This document shows, piece after piece, positions 43,744 through 50,447 of a stretch of DNA of 50,447 nucleotides. Where the stretch lies: positions 1 through 50,447 of the IMG/VR virus record IMGVR_UViG_3300046484_000036. The stretch is one strand, 5' to 3'. Position 1 is the stretch's first letter. Each line of letters begins with the position of its first letter. The stretch is from a virus. Under the pieces are notes generated by a model. The model did no database searches, was not told where the DNA came from, and saw nothing but the letters and a program-made list of their open reading frames with translations. Position numbers and translations under genes: made by a program.

Positions 43744-44925
43744 TTAAGCTTCTGTAGTAGAAATTGGTATAACTTGGAAATCTGAGGCGACAGTTTCGGC
43801 TAAGCTGGGGCGCGAATCTGTCTCGGGTACGAGTGTCGGCGCGCCATCAGCACGGACGATCAGCTTCTCCAGCTTGCCGTAAAGCTCAGCGTCCAGCTCC
43901 ACGGCGGACTTAATCAATTTGTCAGCCTCGGCAACCCCGATCACGTTTATCTCGCGGCAGGACTCGCCGGGAAAGAGCTTGCGGAGCAGGCTGAAGGCTT
44001 TCTTCTCGTCACTCCACTTGCGGTTGCCCTGTCGCCCCGCCACCAGTTTCAGTCCGGGGAACTTCACGCCAGAAGCTGCGCGGCTCTCAACGTAGGACTC
44101 CAGCTTGTTGAAGTATTTCTTCGCGGCGGGAATAGCCCGATACATCTTCGCCAATTTCTCGTCAGTGAGCGAGGCGAAGTCACCCAGGTCGATAGCGCGT
44201 AGTTCGGCCAGTTGAAGGGCTGCTGTTGCTTGCTGAGTCCGAGCGGAACAAAACGACTGGGCCGGACAGAATTGGCAAGCCTCGTCAGACGGCGTAAACG
44301 GCTGGTTGAAGGGATCGGTGAGGATCTTCTTCGCGGCGTCGAGAACGGATATTACCGTATCGTCCGTATCCGTCGCTTTTACCGTGAACACGTCCCGCTT
44401 CTCGCCAGTGTGATGGCGGGGCATGTAGATGTGTAGCGAGACTACCGCCGGGAGCAAACAGTAGTTCCGAGCCGATGCGTATCCATAAAGAAGAAGCTGA
44501 AGATTCTGCTTCGCCTCCACTTCCACACCGATGCCCGCCTTCAGGTCGATGATGTGGAGATGCTTTGCACTCTCGTCGTAAAGCACAGCATCTGGCGTGC
44601 AGGTGCCCGGAGCGTACCCACGAGGGATCGTCTTTTCTACGTGCATCGTCCAATTACCGGTCGGATCCATGTTCACGGATTTAACGTAAGCCACAAAGCC
44701 CATTGCGGCCTCCCACAGCTCTGGCGGGATGTCGGGGTCCTTGGGGTCGATGCCCTTCAGCACGGCAGCGGCGTAGGCGTGGATACGGGTGCCCTCGTCC
44801 TGGTCAGGCGTGGAGAAGGGAACAAGGCGGTCCTGGTTCTGGAAGCAGAAGCCGGGGGAGGCAAGACAGGTTGCCCACGTCTTGGCCCGCGAGGGGCGGA
44901 GAAATTCGGAGAGTTCTTGTTTCAT
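43744..44925 (-). CDS. PD-(D/E)XK nuclease (DUF2800 / Cas4-RecB-like)
   Basis: HIIDLKAGIGVEVEAKQNLQLLLYGY (D...ExK, QxxxY) and a C-terminal Cys cluster CQFCPAQSFC. Confidence 0.75.
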   Translation of the reverse strand: MKQELSEFLRPSRAKTWATCLASPGFCFQNQDRLVPFSTPDQDEGTRIHAYAAAVLKGIDPKDPDIPPELWEAAMGFVAYVKSVNMDPTGNWTMHVEKTIPRGYAPGTCTPDAVLYDESAKHLHIIDLKAGIGVEVEAKQNLQLLLYGYASARNYCLLPAVVSLHIYMPRHHTGEKRDVFTVKATDTDDTVISVLDAAKKILTDPFNQPFTPSDEACQFCPAQSFCSARTQQATAALQLAELRAIDLGDFASLTDEKLAKMYRAIPAAKKYFNKLESYVESRAASGVKFPGLKLVAGRQGNRKWSDEKKAFSLLRKLFPGESCREINVIGVAEADKLIKSAVELDAELYGKLEKLIVRADGAPTLVPETDSRPSLAETVASDFQVIPISTTEA

Positions 44926-45005
44926 CGCATTAGGACTTCCATGATTTTTGCCACTACGGCTAGGAATAAAACGAATAGCATGAATTGTATGTCGTGCGGG
45001 ATCAT
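44922..45005 (-). CDS. Micro-ORF, 27-aa hydrophobic peptide
   Basis: Hand translation: MIPHDIQFMLFVLFLAVVAKIMEVLMR. ATGA overlaps at both ends (45005-45002 and 44925-44922). Confidence 0.35.
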   Translation of the reverse strand: MIPHDIQFMLFVLFLAVVAKIMEVLMR

Positions 45006-45079
45006 TTTAATATGCAACTGAGCACCGTGCCGACGACAAAAAACACTAGGCCGAAGAGCAGTTGCTGTTCAGGTGTCAT
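45002..45079 (-). CDS. Micro-ORF, 25-aa hydrophobic peptide
   Basis: Hand translation: MTPEQQLLFGLVFFVVGTVLSCILK. ATGA overlap with the stop of 45076..45600. Confidence 0.35.
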   Translation of the reverse strand: MTPEQQLLFGLVFFVVGTVLSCILK

Positions 45080-45600
45080 GCGAGTAGGGCAGTAAAAGTC
45101 GCGTTGACGGCCGCATAATTTTCCGGCTTGAGGGCAGAGAGTGTCGTGGCGCCGAACTTGGCGAGCGCGGCCTTCACGTCCGGCAGGCGACCCTTGGCGA
45201 CCAACTTCTCGGCGAGAGCGCGCAAGGACTGACGGGTGATGGGCTCCTCTTTGACTGGCATAGGGGCTTCAGGGGCGACCTCCACACAAGCCCGCTTGCT
45301 GGCGAGGTATTCAGGTGAGTGTTCAATGGGCTCTTCGACGAGCTTTTTGGCGACCGCTTGGATCTGCTCCGGGGGTACGGTAAGGTCGAGTGAAGCAATC
45401 GCTTTCTTAGCCGCCGCTTGAACTTCCGGCGAGTAGGTCAGAACGACCGTAGCACCTAAGTCTGTGCCGGCAGCCGGTAGTTCGGTTTGCTCAGGTTCAA
45501 CGGCGAGGGAGGAAAGGAAGACCGCCATATCGCGCAGGGCTTCCGAGGCTTGCTGGAGTGAATTGGCGAGCAAGCGAACGCCATCGGGTGTGATTTTCAT
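45076..45600 (-). CDS. Hypothetical protein (174 aa)
   Basis: Track ORF. Ala/Glu/Pro-rich. No motif recognised. Confidence 0.55.
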   Translation of the reverse strand: MKITPDGVRLLANSLQQASEALRDMAVFLSSLAVEPEQTELPAAGTDLGATVVLTYSPEVQAAAKKAIASLDLTVPPEQIQAVAKKLVEEPIEHSPEYLASKRACVEVAPEAPMPVKEEPITRQSLRALAEKLVAKGRLPDVKAALAKFGATTLSALKPENYAAVNATFTALLA

Positions 45601-45860
45601 AAGAGAGTAGCTAAATTTTTGTCGTTAAGGATTTGGTTAGTTTCACGCACCTCTTCAACTGTGACGTTCGGTTCGATCAGAACTTCAGGGATGTCGCGCC
45701 ACTCTTCAGACCCGCTGATATTGCGCCATTTTTGCTGGAGGGTACGGACTTGAATAGGGCCAATAACGTCCGGCAGGTATCCGGTAGTTAGCGCCCACCG
45801 GAAAAAGCGGGTGGGGTAAAAAGGGTGGGACTCGTATTCTGGGATTTCGTCGGGGGTCAT
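45597..45860 (-). CDS. Hypothetical protein (87 aa)
   Basis: Track ORF with a 4-nt overlap on the next gene. Confidence 0.55.
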   Translation of the reverse strand: MTPDEIPEYESHPFYPTRFFRWALTTGYLPDVIGPIQVRTLQQKWRNISGSEEWRDIPEVLIEPNVTVEEVRETNQILNDKNLATLL

Positions 45861-45864
45861 AAAC

Positions 45865-46017
45865 TTAGGGTTTTATTTTTCTGGTCAAGTTTGTTACCGC
45901 GTCCCGCAGCCACTCTAAACACCGCCATCCGAAAGAAAGTACTGCCAACATAACACAAAATATGGATAGCCCGAACAAGATTGCAGCGATTGCAGCGAGT
46001 ATTGGATTTGTTATCAT
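45865..46017 (-). CDS. Small membrane protein (50 aa)
   Basis: Hand translation in a different frame from track ORF 45857..46060: MITNPILAAIAAILFGLSIFCVMLAVLSFGWRCLEWLRDAVTNLTRKIKP. It has a clean TM helix plus a basic tail. ATG 46017-46015, TAA 45867-45865. Confidence 0.45.
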   Translation of the reverse strand: MITNPILAAIAAILFGLSIFCVMLAVLSFGWRCLEWLRDAVTNLTRKIKP

Positions 46018-46032
46018 AGGGGTGATTTACTG

Positions 46033-46060
46033 ACAATACAGATTTTCTATTTCTCGTCAA
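46033..46060 (-). promoter_or_regulatory. Sigma70-like promoter candidate upstream of the small membrane protein and replication genes
   Basis: Minus strand: TTGACG (46060-46055), 16 nt, TATTGT (46038-46033). The spacer contains AAATAGAAAAT, identical to the spacer of the 4207-4179 promoter. An A/T-rich tract lies upstream. Confidence 0.35.
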
Positions 46061-46211
46061 TAGATTTTTCGTATTTTCTTTTTTATCGAGGGTAAAACGC
46101 CGATGCGTTGCCTATGCGTAAGTGGGTAGTGACGCTCACTATCTTTAACTATCCAACGAAGAAGAGACATCTCCTTCGGGTTAAATACTAGACAGGTATA
46201 TTCTGAGTTTT

Positions 46212-48836
46212 TCATAGGGAAAGTAATGCACCTCGCTCGTCCAACGTGCTGCCGTTCAACCGGCTGCGGGCGGCGTCCTGCGCGTCACCTTTGAACTTAG
46301 TGAGGTGCGTCCAAAGGGTATGACGGGTTTGCGAGGTCTTGTCGTTGCCCAAGCGTATCCTAGCGTTGGATACGAAACCCATCTCGCGCAGAACAGCGGA
46401 GAGACCCTGGTCGGAGAAGAAGCCGATGCCGCGCTGGGTCTCCAGCAGTGAGTGCAGGCTCTTTAGGCTTACGAGGTCGGGCTGTACGAGGGGATGGTCG
46501 CCGTCCTCCAGGGCTTCACGGATGGCGGCGGCGAGGGGGGAAGCCGACGCGCCGAGCATCTGGAGCAGGTAGTCCGTGACCGGGGCATGGCCGTCCGCAT
46601 CGAACGCGGCGCTGATCTTACGGTTCTCAAGGAAGTGACGCACGCCCGCAGCTTTGTTGAACACGACGTCATACACTTTTTTGTAATACGCAGCGGGGAT
46701 CGCCTGCACCTGCTCGCGGGTCTGTAGTGCTGAGAACAGTACGAAGTAGCGGCGCTCGTCCTCGCTCGGGGCGATGGCGTCCTGATGGTTGGTGAGTAAC
46801 AAATAGTTCGTCGTGTTGGGCTCCTCCACTGCTTCCGTGTTCATCCGGCGTACCGTAATGCGGTCATTCGAGATGCGGGGTTTAAGCATGTTCATCACCT
46901 GATGCCGTGCCGTTCCAATCACTCGGATCTCCTCCACGCACGCGAGCTGACTGCCGGAACTCCAGCCGGTGAACTTATCGAAGAGAGTCGCACCGTCCAC
47001 GAGCTTGACGTTGGTGGGGCCGAGCACCTGGCGCATCATCTCAGCGAACACCGTCTTGCCGCAACCCTGCGCGCCCTGGAGCAGTGGTGCCCAGCGGATC
47101 TTCTTGCCGGGTTGCTGAACCAAGCAACAGCACCAATCGAGGAAGAGTGAGCGGTTCTCTGGTTCAACGATTAACTTATCCAGATGCGTCGATATGACAT
47201 CCTCCGCTTCTGCGGCTAATGCGGGATCGGCTTCGGGATATAATGGGCGATAAGTATTCAAATACCGTTTGCCTGCATCGAGGAGGTATACCTCGTGCGG
47301 ATTTGCTGGGTCATATCTATAACCGTCTACGCGGGGAATGCGCAGGATGTTCAGCAGGAAGTCCTGAGGACGAGTGGCAGGTTTGCCGCTGTCTCCCGGT
47401 TCTTTCTCGCCAACGCCCATAAGTCTCACGCCGTACATGCTGTCCAGCACGTTGGGCGCGAACTGCCGACCACTGGCACGCACGAAAAATTCATTCTCAC
47501 TTGCTACATAGGTCATGCCGCGTGCCCACGGGGGGAGCTGACTATCCGGGAGCGGAGCAACCTTGGCGTCGGGGTCAAAGCCGAGACGAGCTTCCAGCTT
47601 CTTTAATTTGGTCTTGAGGTCCGCTAGCGAGACTCCCATCCCAAGCGCGGTCAGAGATTTCCCTAGATGCTTCAACAATACAAGCCGCTCTAATGGGTCC
47701 AATAAGGGCGCGGAAGCAATGAGCTTCATGCCCTCCCTCATTAGTTCTGCCGACGAGTGATCCCCTTGAATCCACGCTAGTACAGATCGGAAGGTCTTCT
47801 GAGTGAGCACGATGGGCGACATCCCGCCTTCGACGGCGAGATGGAATAGGGAGCGGAGAGTCACGGGGGCTCTGGATGTAGGGTTGGGCACTAGCGATTT
47901 CCACTTGGCCTGCGTTTCCTCCTGCCCAGTATACTTGCTGCCTCCGCTGCTCCATTTGTCAAATGCCTCAAAGGCTGCATGGTCCTCCTCAGAACTTCCG
48001 CTAAACTGGTGGCGGAGAGCCGCAGCTACACTTAACCATGCGGCGTAACCAATATCCGGCGAAATAAATCCGAGGGCGTTTTGGACTTCTGCCAGGGTAA
48101 TATTGCTCATGCGAGGCGTCAAAAAGTCCAACGGATCACCAGATGCCACGGCTCCCGTTTTGCGGGGGCTGACTGAAACGACGCCCCCCGGTGAAACGTC
48201 GGTCGTAACTGGTTCCCCCTCTTCCTCGACGATCAAAAGCGGGGAGTGTATGGCCTCGTCTTCCCCTGCGAATAACACAGGTAAAAACATTGCCTGACAA
48301 CAGGTTAGGCTTTCTGGAGTGACCGCCTTCAACCCCAGTCGGGAGGCGATGTATTTCACTGCGTCTTTATACCCTTCCGGCGGTATCCGGTGAGCGGATA
48401 CGACGATGCGGGCACGTGGAGCCGCCTCAGTCGATGACGCCGTGGTATACATCAAGAATGGGTGCGGAGACAAAGCCGAGCGGAGTAGCTCTGGGTTCGC
48501 CACAAACGGCGCGGCGTCGTGGGCGTCGTCTATATCTATCGCAACCAAATCGCACGCCTCTACGTTTTCCAGGCGGCGCTCCGTAATGCCCGGTTTAAGT
48601 GAACAGGGCACAAAAAAGGGCGTCCTTTTCACCTTGTCCCTGTCCGCTTTCGCAAGTGCAGCATACTGTAATCTCGTGGTGTTTAACAAAACAGACTGGC
48701 CGAAAACTTCCCGGCAAAGTGTGCGCCAATCTTTGGCGGCAAGGGGTTTCACCTTACCCAAATTGCTGGCTTCACCGCCAAAATAGGTACCTGAAATTAG
48801 TTCTGGCATATAGTTACTTACGTTTGAATTCACCAA
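46212..48836 (-). CDS. Primase-helicase (N-terminal prim-pol-like domain plus VirE/D5-type P-loop NTPase)
   Basis: 874 aa. Acidic motif LVAIDIDDAHD, Walker A LLQGAQGCGKTVF, Walker B-like LACVEEI. Confidence 0.8.
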   Translation of the reverse strand: MVNSNVSNYMPELISGTYFGGEASNLGKVKPLAAKDWRTLCREVFGQSVLLNTTRLQYAALAKADRDKVKRTPFFVPCSLKPGITERRLENVEACDLVAIDIDDAHDAAPFVANPELLRSALSPHPFLMYTTASSTEAAPRARIVVSAHRIPPEGYKDAVKYIASRLGLKAVTPESLTCCQAMFLPVLFAGEDEAIHSPLLIVEEEGEPVTTDVSPGGVVSVSPRKTGAVASGDPLDFLTPRMSNITLAEVQNALGFISPDIGYAAWLSVAAALRHQFSGSSEEDHAAFEAFDKWSSGGSKYTGQEETQAKWKSLVPNPTSRAPVTLRSLFHLAVEGGMSPIVLTQKTFRSVLAWIQGDHSSAELMREGMKLIASAPLLDPLERLVLLKHLGKSLTALGMGVSLADLKTKLKKLEARLGFDPDAKVAPLPDSQLPPWARGMTYVASENEFFVRASGRQFAPNVLDSMYGVRLMGVGEKEPGDSGKPATRPQDFLLNILRIPRVDGYRYDPANPHEVYLLDAGKRYLNTYRPLYPEADPALAAEAEDVISTHLDKLIVEPENRSLFLDWCCCLVQQPGKKIRWAPLLQGAQGCGKTVFAEMMRQVLGPTNVKLVDGATLFDKFTGWSSGSQLACVEEIRVIGTARHQVMNMLKPRISNDRITVRRMNTEAVEEPNTTNYLLLTNHQDAIAPSEDERRYFVLFSALQTREQVQAIPAAYYKKVYDVVFNKAAGVRHFLENRKISAAFDADGHAPVTDYLLQMLGASASPLAAAIREALEDGDHPLVQPDLVSLKSLHSLLETQRGIGFFSDQGLSAVLREMGFVSNARIRLGNDKTSQTRHTLWTHLTKFKGDAQDAARSRLNGSTLDERGALLSL

Positions 48837-49308
48837 AAATTTCTGTGGCTTTTGCCTCGTAGACCGCGCTTGCGGCTTCGGGGGTGGGGAAGCATCCTAG
48901 ATACTTAGTTACCCCGCGGACTGATATTTGCGCCTGCCACTTCTTTACCCTTCTGTGCCAGACTACTCCCCGGAAATGTGAAGTATTATCTTTGGGGAGT
49001 TTTACATTGCTGGAGTTCTGGTGTGCCGTAGCCTCCCGAAGGTTTGCTATTCGGTTATCCAACCCGTTCCCGTTTATGTGGTCGATCTGGTCTTTTGGCC
49101 ATGTGCCGTGGGTGTATAGCCAAGCTAGTCGATGCGCCTGATATTTACGTCCGTATATAGATATTATGCGGTAGCCTCGATGATTATTAGTCCCAGCTAT
49201 GTCTCCTGGGGGCATATTACGCGATAGAGCCTCCAGCCAAATAAATACACCTGTAAGCGGATTGTAATGCAAGTACTCCTGAAGTTCGGCTTGTGTTAGT
49301 GGGATCAT
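48814..49308 (-). CDS. HNH endonuclease with AP2-type DNA-binding domain
   Basis: IDHINGNGLDNRIANLREATAHQN (HNH) and FRGVVWHRRVKKWQAQISVRGVTKYLGCFPTPEAASAVYEAKATEIFGEF (AP2). Confidence 0.9.
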   Translation of the reverse strand: MIPLTQAELQEYLHYNPLTGVFIWLEALSRNMPPGDIAGTNNHRGYRIISIYGRKYQAHRLAWLYTHGTWPKDQIDHINGNGLDNRIANLREATAHQNSSNVKLPKDNTSHFRGVVWHRRVKKWQAQISVRGVTKYLGCFPTPEAASAVYEAKATEIFGEFKRK

Positions 49309-49454
49309 CTGGCCCTCCGTTTAGCACAAGCAATTGCGTTCTTCGCCCCATTGATCCGTGCCGCCTGCTGCTGGGCGGGAGAGTTTACACGCCTCCCCTT
49401 GCTGCCGAGCAGGGATAAATAGTGCCTGATATTCTTATCCAGTGTCTTACTCAT
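49305..49454 (-). CDS. Small basic hypothetical protein (49 aa)
   Basis: Internal ATG at 49454 of track ORF 49305..49655 gives MSKTLDKNIRHYLSLLGSKGRRVNSPAQQQAARINGAKNAIACAKRRAR. The longer version would overlap the 49492 gene. ATGA overlap with the HNH start. Confidence 0.4.
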   Translation of the reverse strand: MSKTLDKNIRHYLSLLGSKGRRVNSPAQQQAARINGAKNAIACAKRRAR

Positions 49455-49491
49455 GGGGTGAGGAGAGACCCGATCCGCTCGGGAGTCGAGA

Positions 49492-49911
49492 CTAATCTTT
49501 TTCGTCGTAAAGGTTGCGTACACGTTTGGCGTAGTCCGCCGTTGCCCTAGAGAAATTACCTGTCTGTGCTGCGTGAAACCCGCCGTTCCAGGCCGCAGCC
49601 AGCCGGTAAACCGTCGGATGTTCAAGGTTGCCATAGAGCCAAAGCAGATGCCCATAAGCTACGCTCCGCTGAAGGTCGAGGTCTGCCTGCAGTTCAGACG
49701 ACGCATGCGCGAGGAACGATGTGGAGGTCTGACTAGTCCACACGGCGCGCGTGATTTGGTAGCGCGAGCGTTCACCTGCTTTGCCAATATGCGTTGTTTT
49801 GGTGTTCTCAACCGCTGCGATGGAGTCTACGAGCCGGCCCAAGTCTACGGTATCCTTGGCATGGACAAAACCGAAACCAAAGGGGAGGAGGGATATTAGA
49901 AAGCGTTTCAT
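49492..49911 (-). CDS. Secreted lysozyme-like / lytic transglycosylase-like protein (endolysin candidate)
   Basis: Signal-peptide-like MKRFLISLLPFGFGFVHA. IAAVENTKTTHIGKAGERSRYQITRAVW resembles the catalytic Glu and G-x-G-x-x-Q region of SLT-type folds. Confidence 0.45.
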   Translation of the reverse strand: MKRFLISLLPFGFGFVHAKDTVDLGRLVDSIAAVENTKTTHIGKAGERSRYQITRAVWTSQTSTSFLAHASSELQADLDLQRSVAYGHLLWLYGNLEHPTVYRLAAAWNGGFHAAQTGNFSRATADYAKRVRNLYDEKD

Positions 49912-50138
49912 GGGTTTTTCAGTTCGTCGATCTGTTGCGCCAGGTTGTCGTTCTCGGCTTCAGACGCTTCCAAGGACTCTTCTAACTCTGCAATCCTCTG
50001 CTCCAGGGATTGAACAGTTTCCCCTCTGAAATCAAGAAAGGCAGCTCCGCGGTCTTCCGTGACGCTCTGGACATTAGTATCTGCCAGGGGGTGTAATTTT
50101 AACGCGGTCAGGTCAGAGATTAGTTGTGAATAGGTCAT
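49908..50138 (-). CDS. Small coiled-coil protein (76 aa)
   Basis: Track ORF with a heptad-rich C-terminus (LEQRIAELEESLEASEAENDNLAQQIDELKN). ATGA overlap with the next gene. Confidence 0.5.
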   Translation of the reverse strand: MTYSQLISDLTALKLHPLADTNVQSVTEDRGAAFLDFRGETVQSLEQRIAELEESLEASEAENDNLAQQIDELKNP

Positions 50139-50140
50139 GG

Positions 50141-50447
50141 TCAGTCCTCCGTCCCGGTTAGCTTCTTCCCATTCCAGGCACAGTCTGGCATGACTGTTTT
50201 TATATACGCCAGTACCTCGGCGTCCAGCGCGTCACGCTTGGCCTGCCAGTCGGCGTCCAGCGGGGCACGCTTAGCCAGGTAGTCGGCGTCCAGCGGGGCA
50301 CGCTTAGCCAGGTAGTCGGCGTCCAGCGGGGCACGCTTAGCCTGCCAGTCGGCGTCCAGCGTGCCCCGCTTAGCCTGCCAGTCGGCGTCCAGCGTGCCCC
50401 GCTTAGCCTGCCAGTCGGCGTCCAGCGCGTCACGCTTGGCCTGCCAG
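50141..50447 (-). CDS. Hendecad-repeat protein A, C-terminal part (continuation of the gene starting at 575)
   Basis: In the repeat frame, the hand translation ends ...LDADWQAKRDALDAEVLAYIKTVMPDCAWNGKKLTGTED with TGA at 50143-50141. The frame matches that of 1..575 under either a direct join or a 36-nt overlap. The tail YIKTVMPD resembles EIFPVMPQ of protein B. Confidence 0.7.
   Translation of the reverse strand, partial: WQAKRDALDADWQAKRGTLDADWQAKRGTLDADWQAKRAPLDADYLAKRAPLDADYLAKRAPLDADWQAKRDALDAEVLAYIKTVMPDCAWNGKKLTGTED
50214..50447. repeat. 33-bp tandem repeat array A, right part (7 units plus 3 nt)
   Basis: Units start at 50214, 50247 ... 50412. The last 36 nt (50412-50447) are identical to positions 1-36. 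Confidence 0.95.

Noticed and set aside
45857-46060. 67-aa track ORF (MTRNRKSVLSVNHPYDNK...)
   Set aside because: Another frame in the same interval (45865..46017) encodes a clean single-TM 50-aa protein and starts just downstream of a promoter-like element. The track ORF has an odd composition. Its ATGA overlap with 45597..45860 keeps it a weak alternative.
1-50447. Prophage or temperate lifestyle markers (integrase, CI-like repressor, att sites), tRNAs and rRNAs
   Set aside because: None of the translated ORFs shows tyrosine- or serine-recombinase or repressor motifs, and no cloverleaf-capable sequence was found by eye. Absence cannot be proven without profile searches.

Overview
The window reads as one complete genome (about 50.4 kb) of a tailed dsDNA phage. 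It is circularly closed or terminally redundant: the first and last 36 nt are identical, and one gene runs across the window ends in frame. I found no rRNA, tRNA, CRISPR array, integrase or repressor. There are four transcription blocks. (1) A leftward early and replication block runs 4101->1, wraps to 50447, and continues to 36340. It holds three paralogous genes built from 33-bp tandem arrays (11-aa repeats), HNH-type genes, a secreted lysozyme-like protein, a primase-helicase, a DUF2800-like nuclease, a DUF2815-like SSB, a DNA methyltransferase, a family A DNA polymerase, VRR-NUC and an SNF2 helicase. (2) A rightward block (4288-18408) holds an HTH protein (possible small terminase), KTSC and GroES-like proteins, tail and internal virion proteins including a 1571-aa giant protein, a tail-collar fibre and an embedded GT32-like glycosyltransferase. 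(3) A leftward five-gene glycosylation operon (22413-18398: GT9, a small membrane protein, GT2, a GT-methyltransferase fusion, GT2-like) is chained by ATGA overlaps. (4) A rightward head block (22560-36282) holds HNH-AP2, large terminase, portal, scaffold, major capsid, a fibre-like protein and membrane proteins. Best candidates for novelty: (a) the DNA polymerase is a 'fractured gene', meaning N- and C-terminal polymerase halves each end or begin with half of a split intein, with a free-standing endonuclease gene between them; (b) the family of hendecad-repeat early proteins encoded by near-perfect in-frame 33-bp arrays; (c) the phage-borne glycosylation cassette in a genome with no lysogeny genes; (d) a 393-nt structured non-coding region and a promoter-like motif shared by two loci. 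Functional calls come from motifs I could read in the translations. No database search was run.
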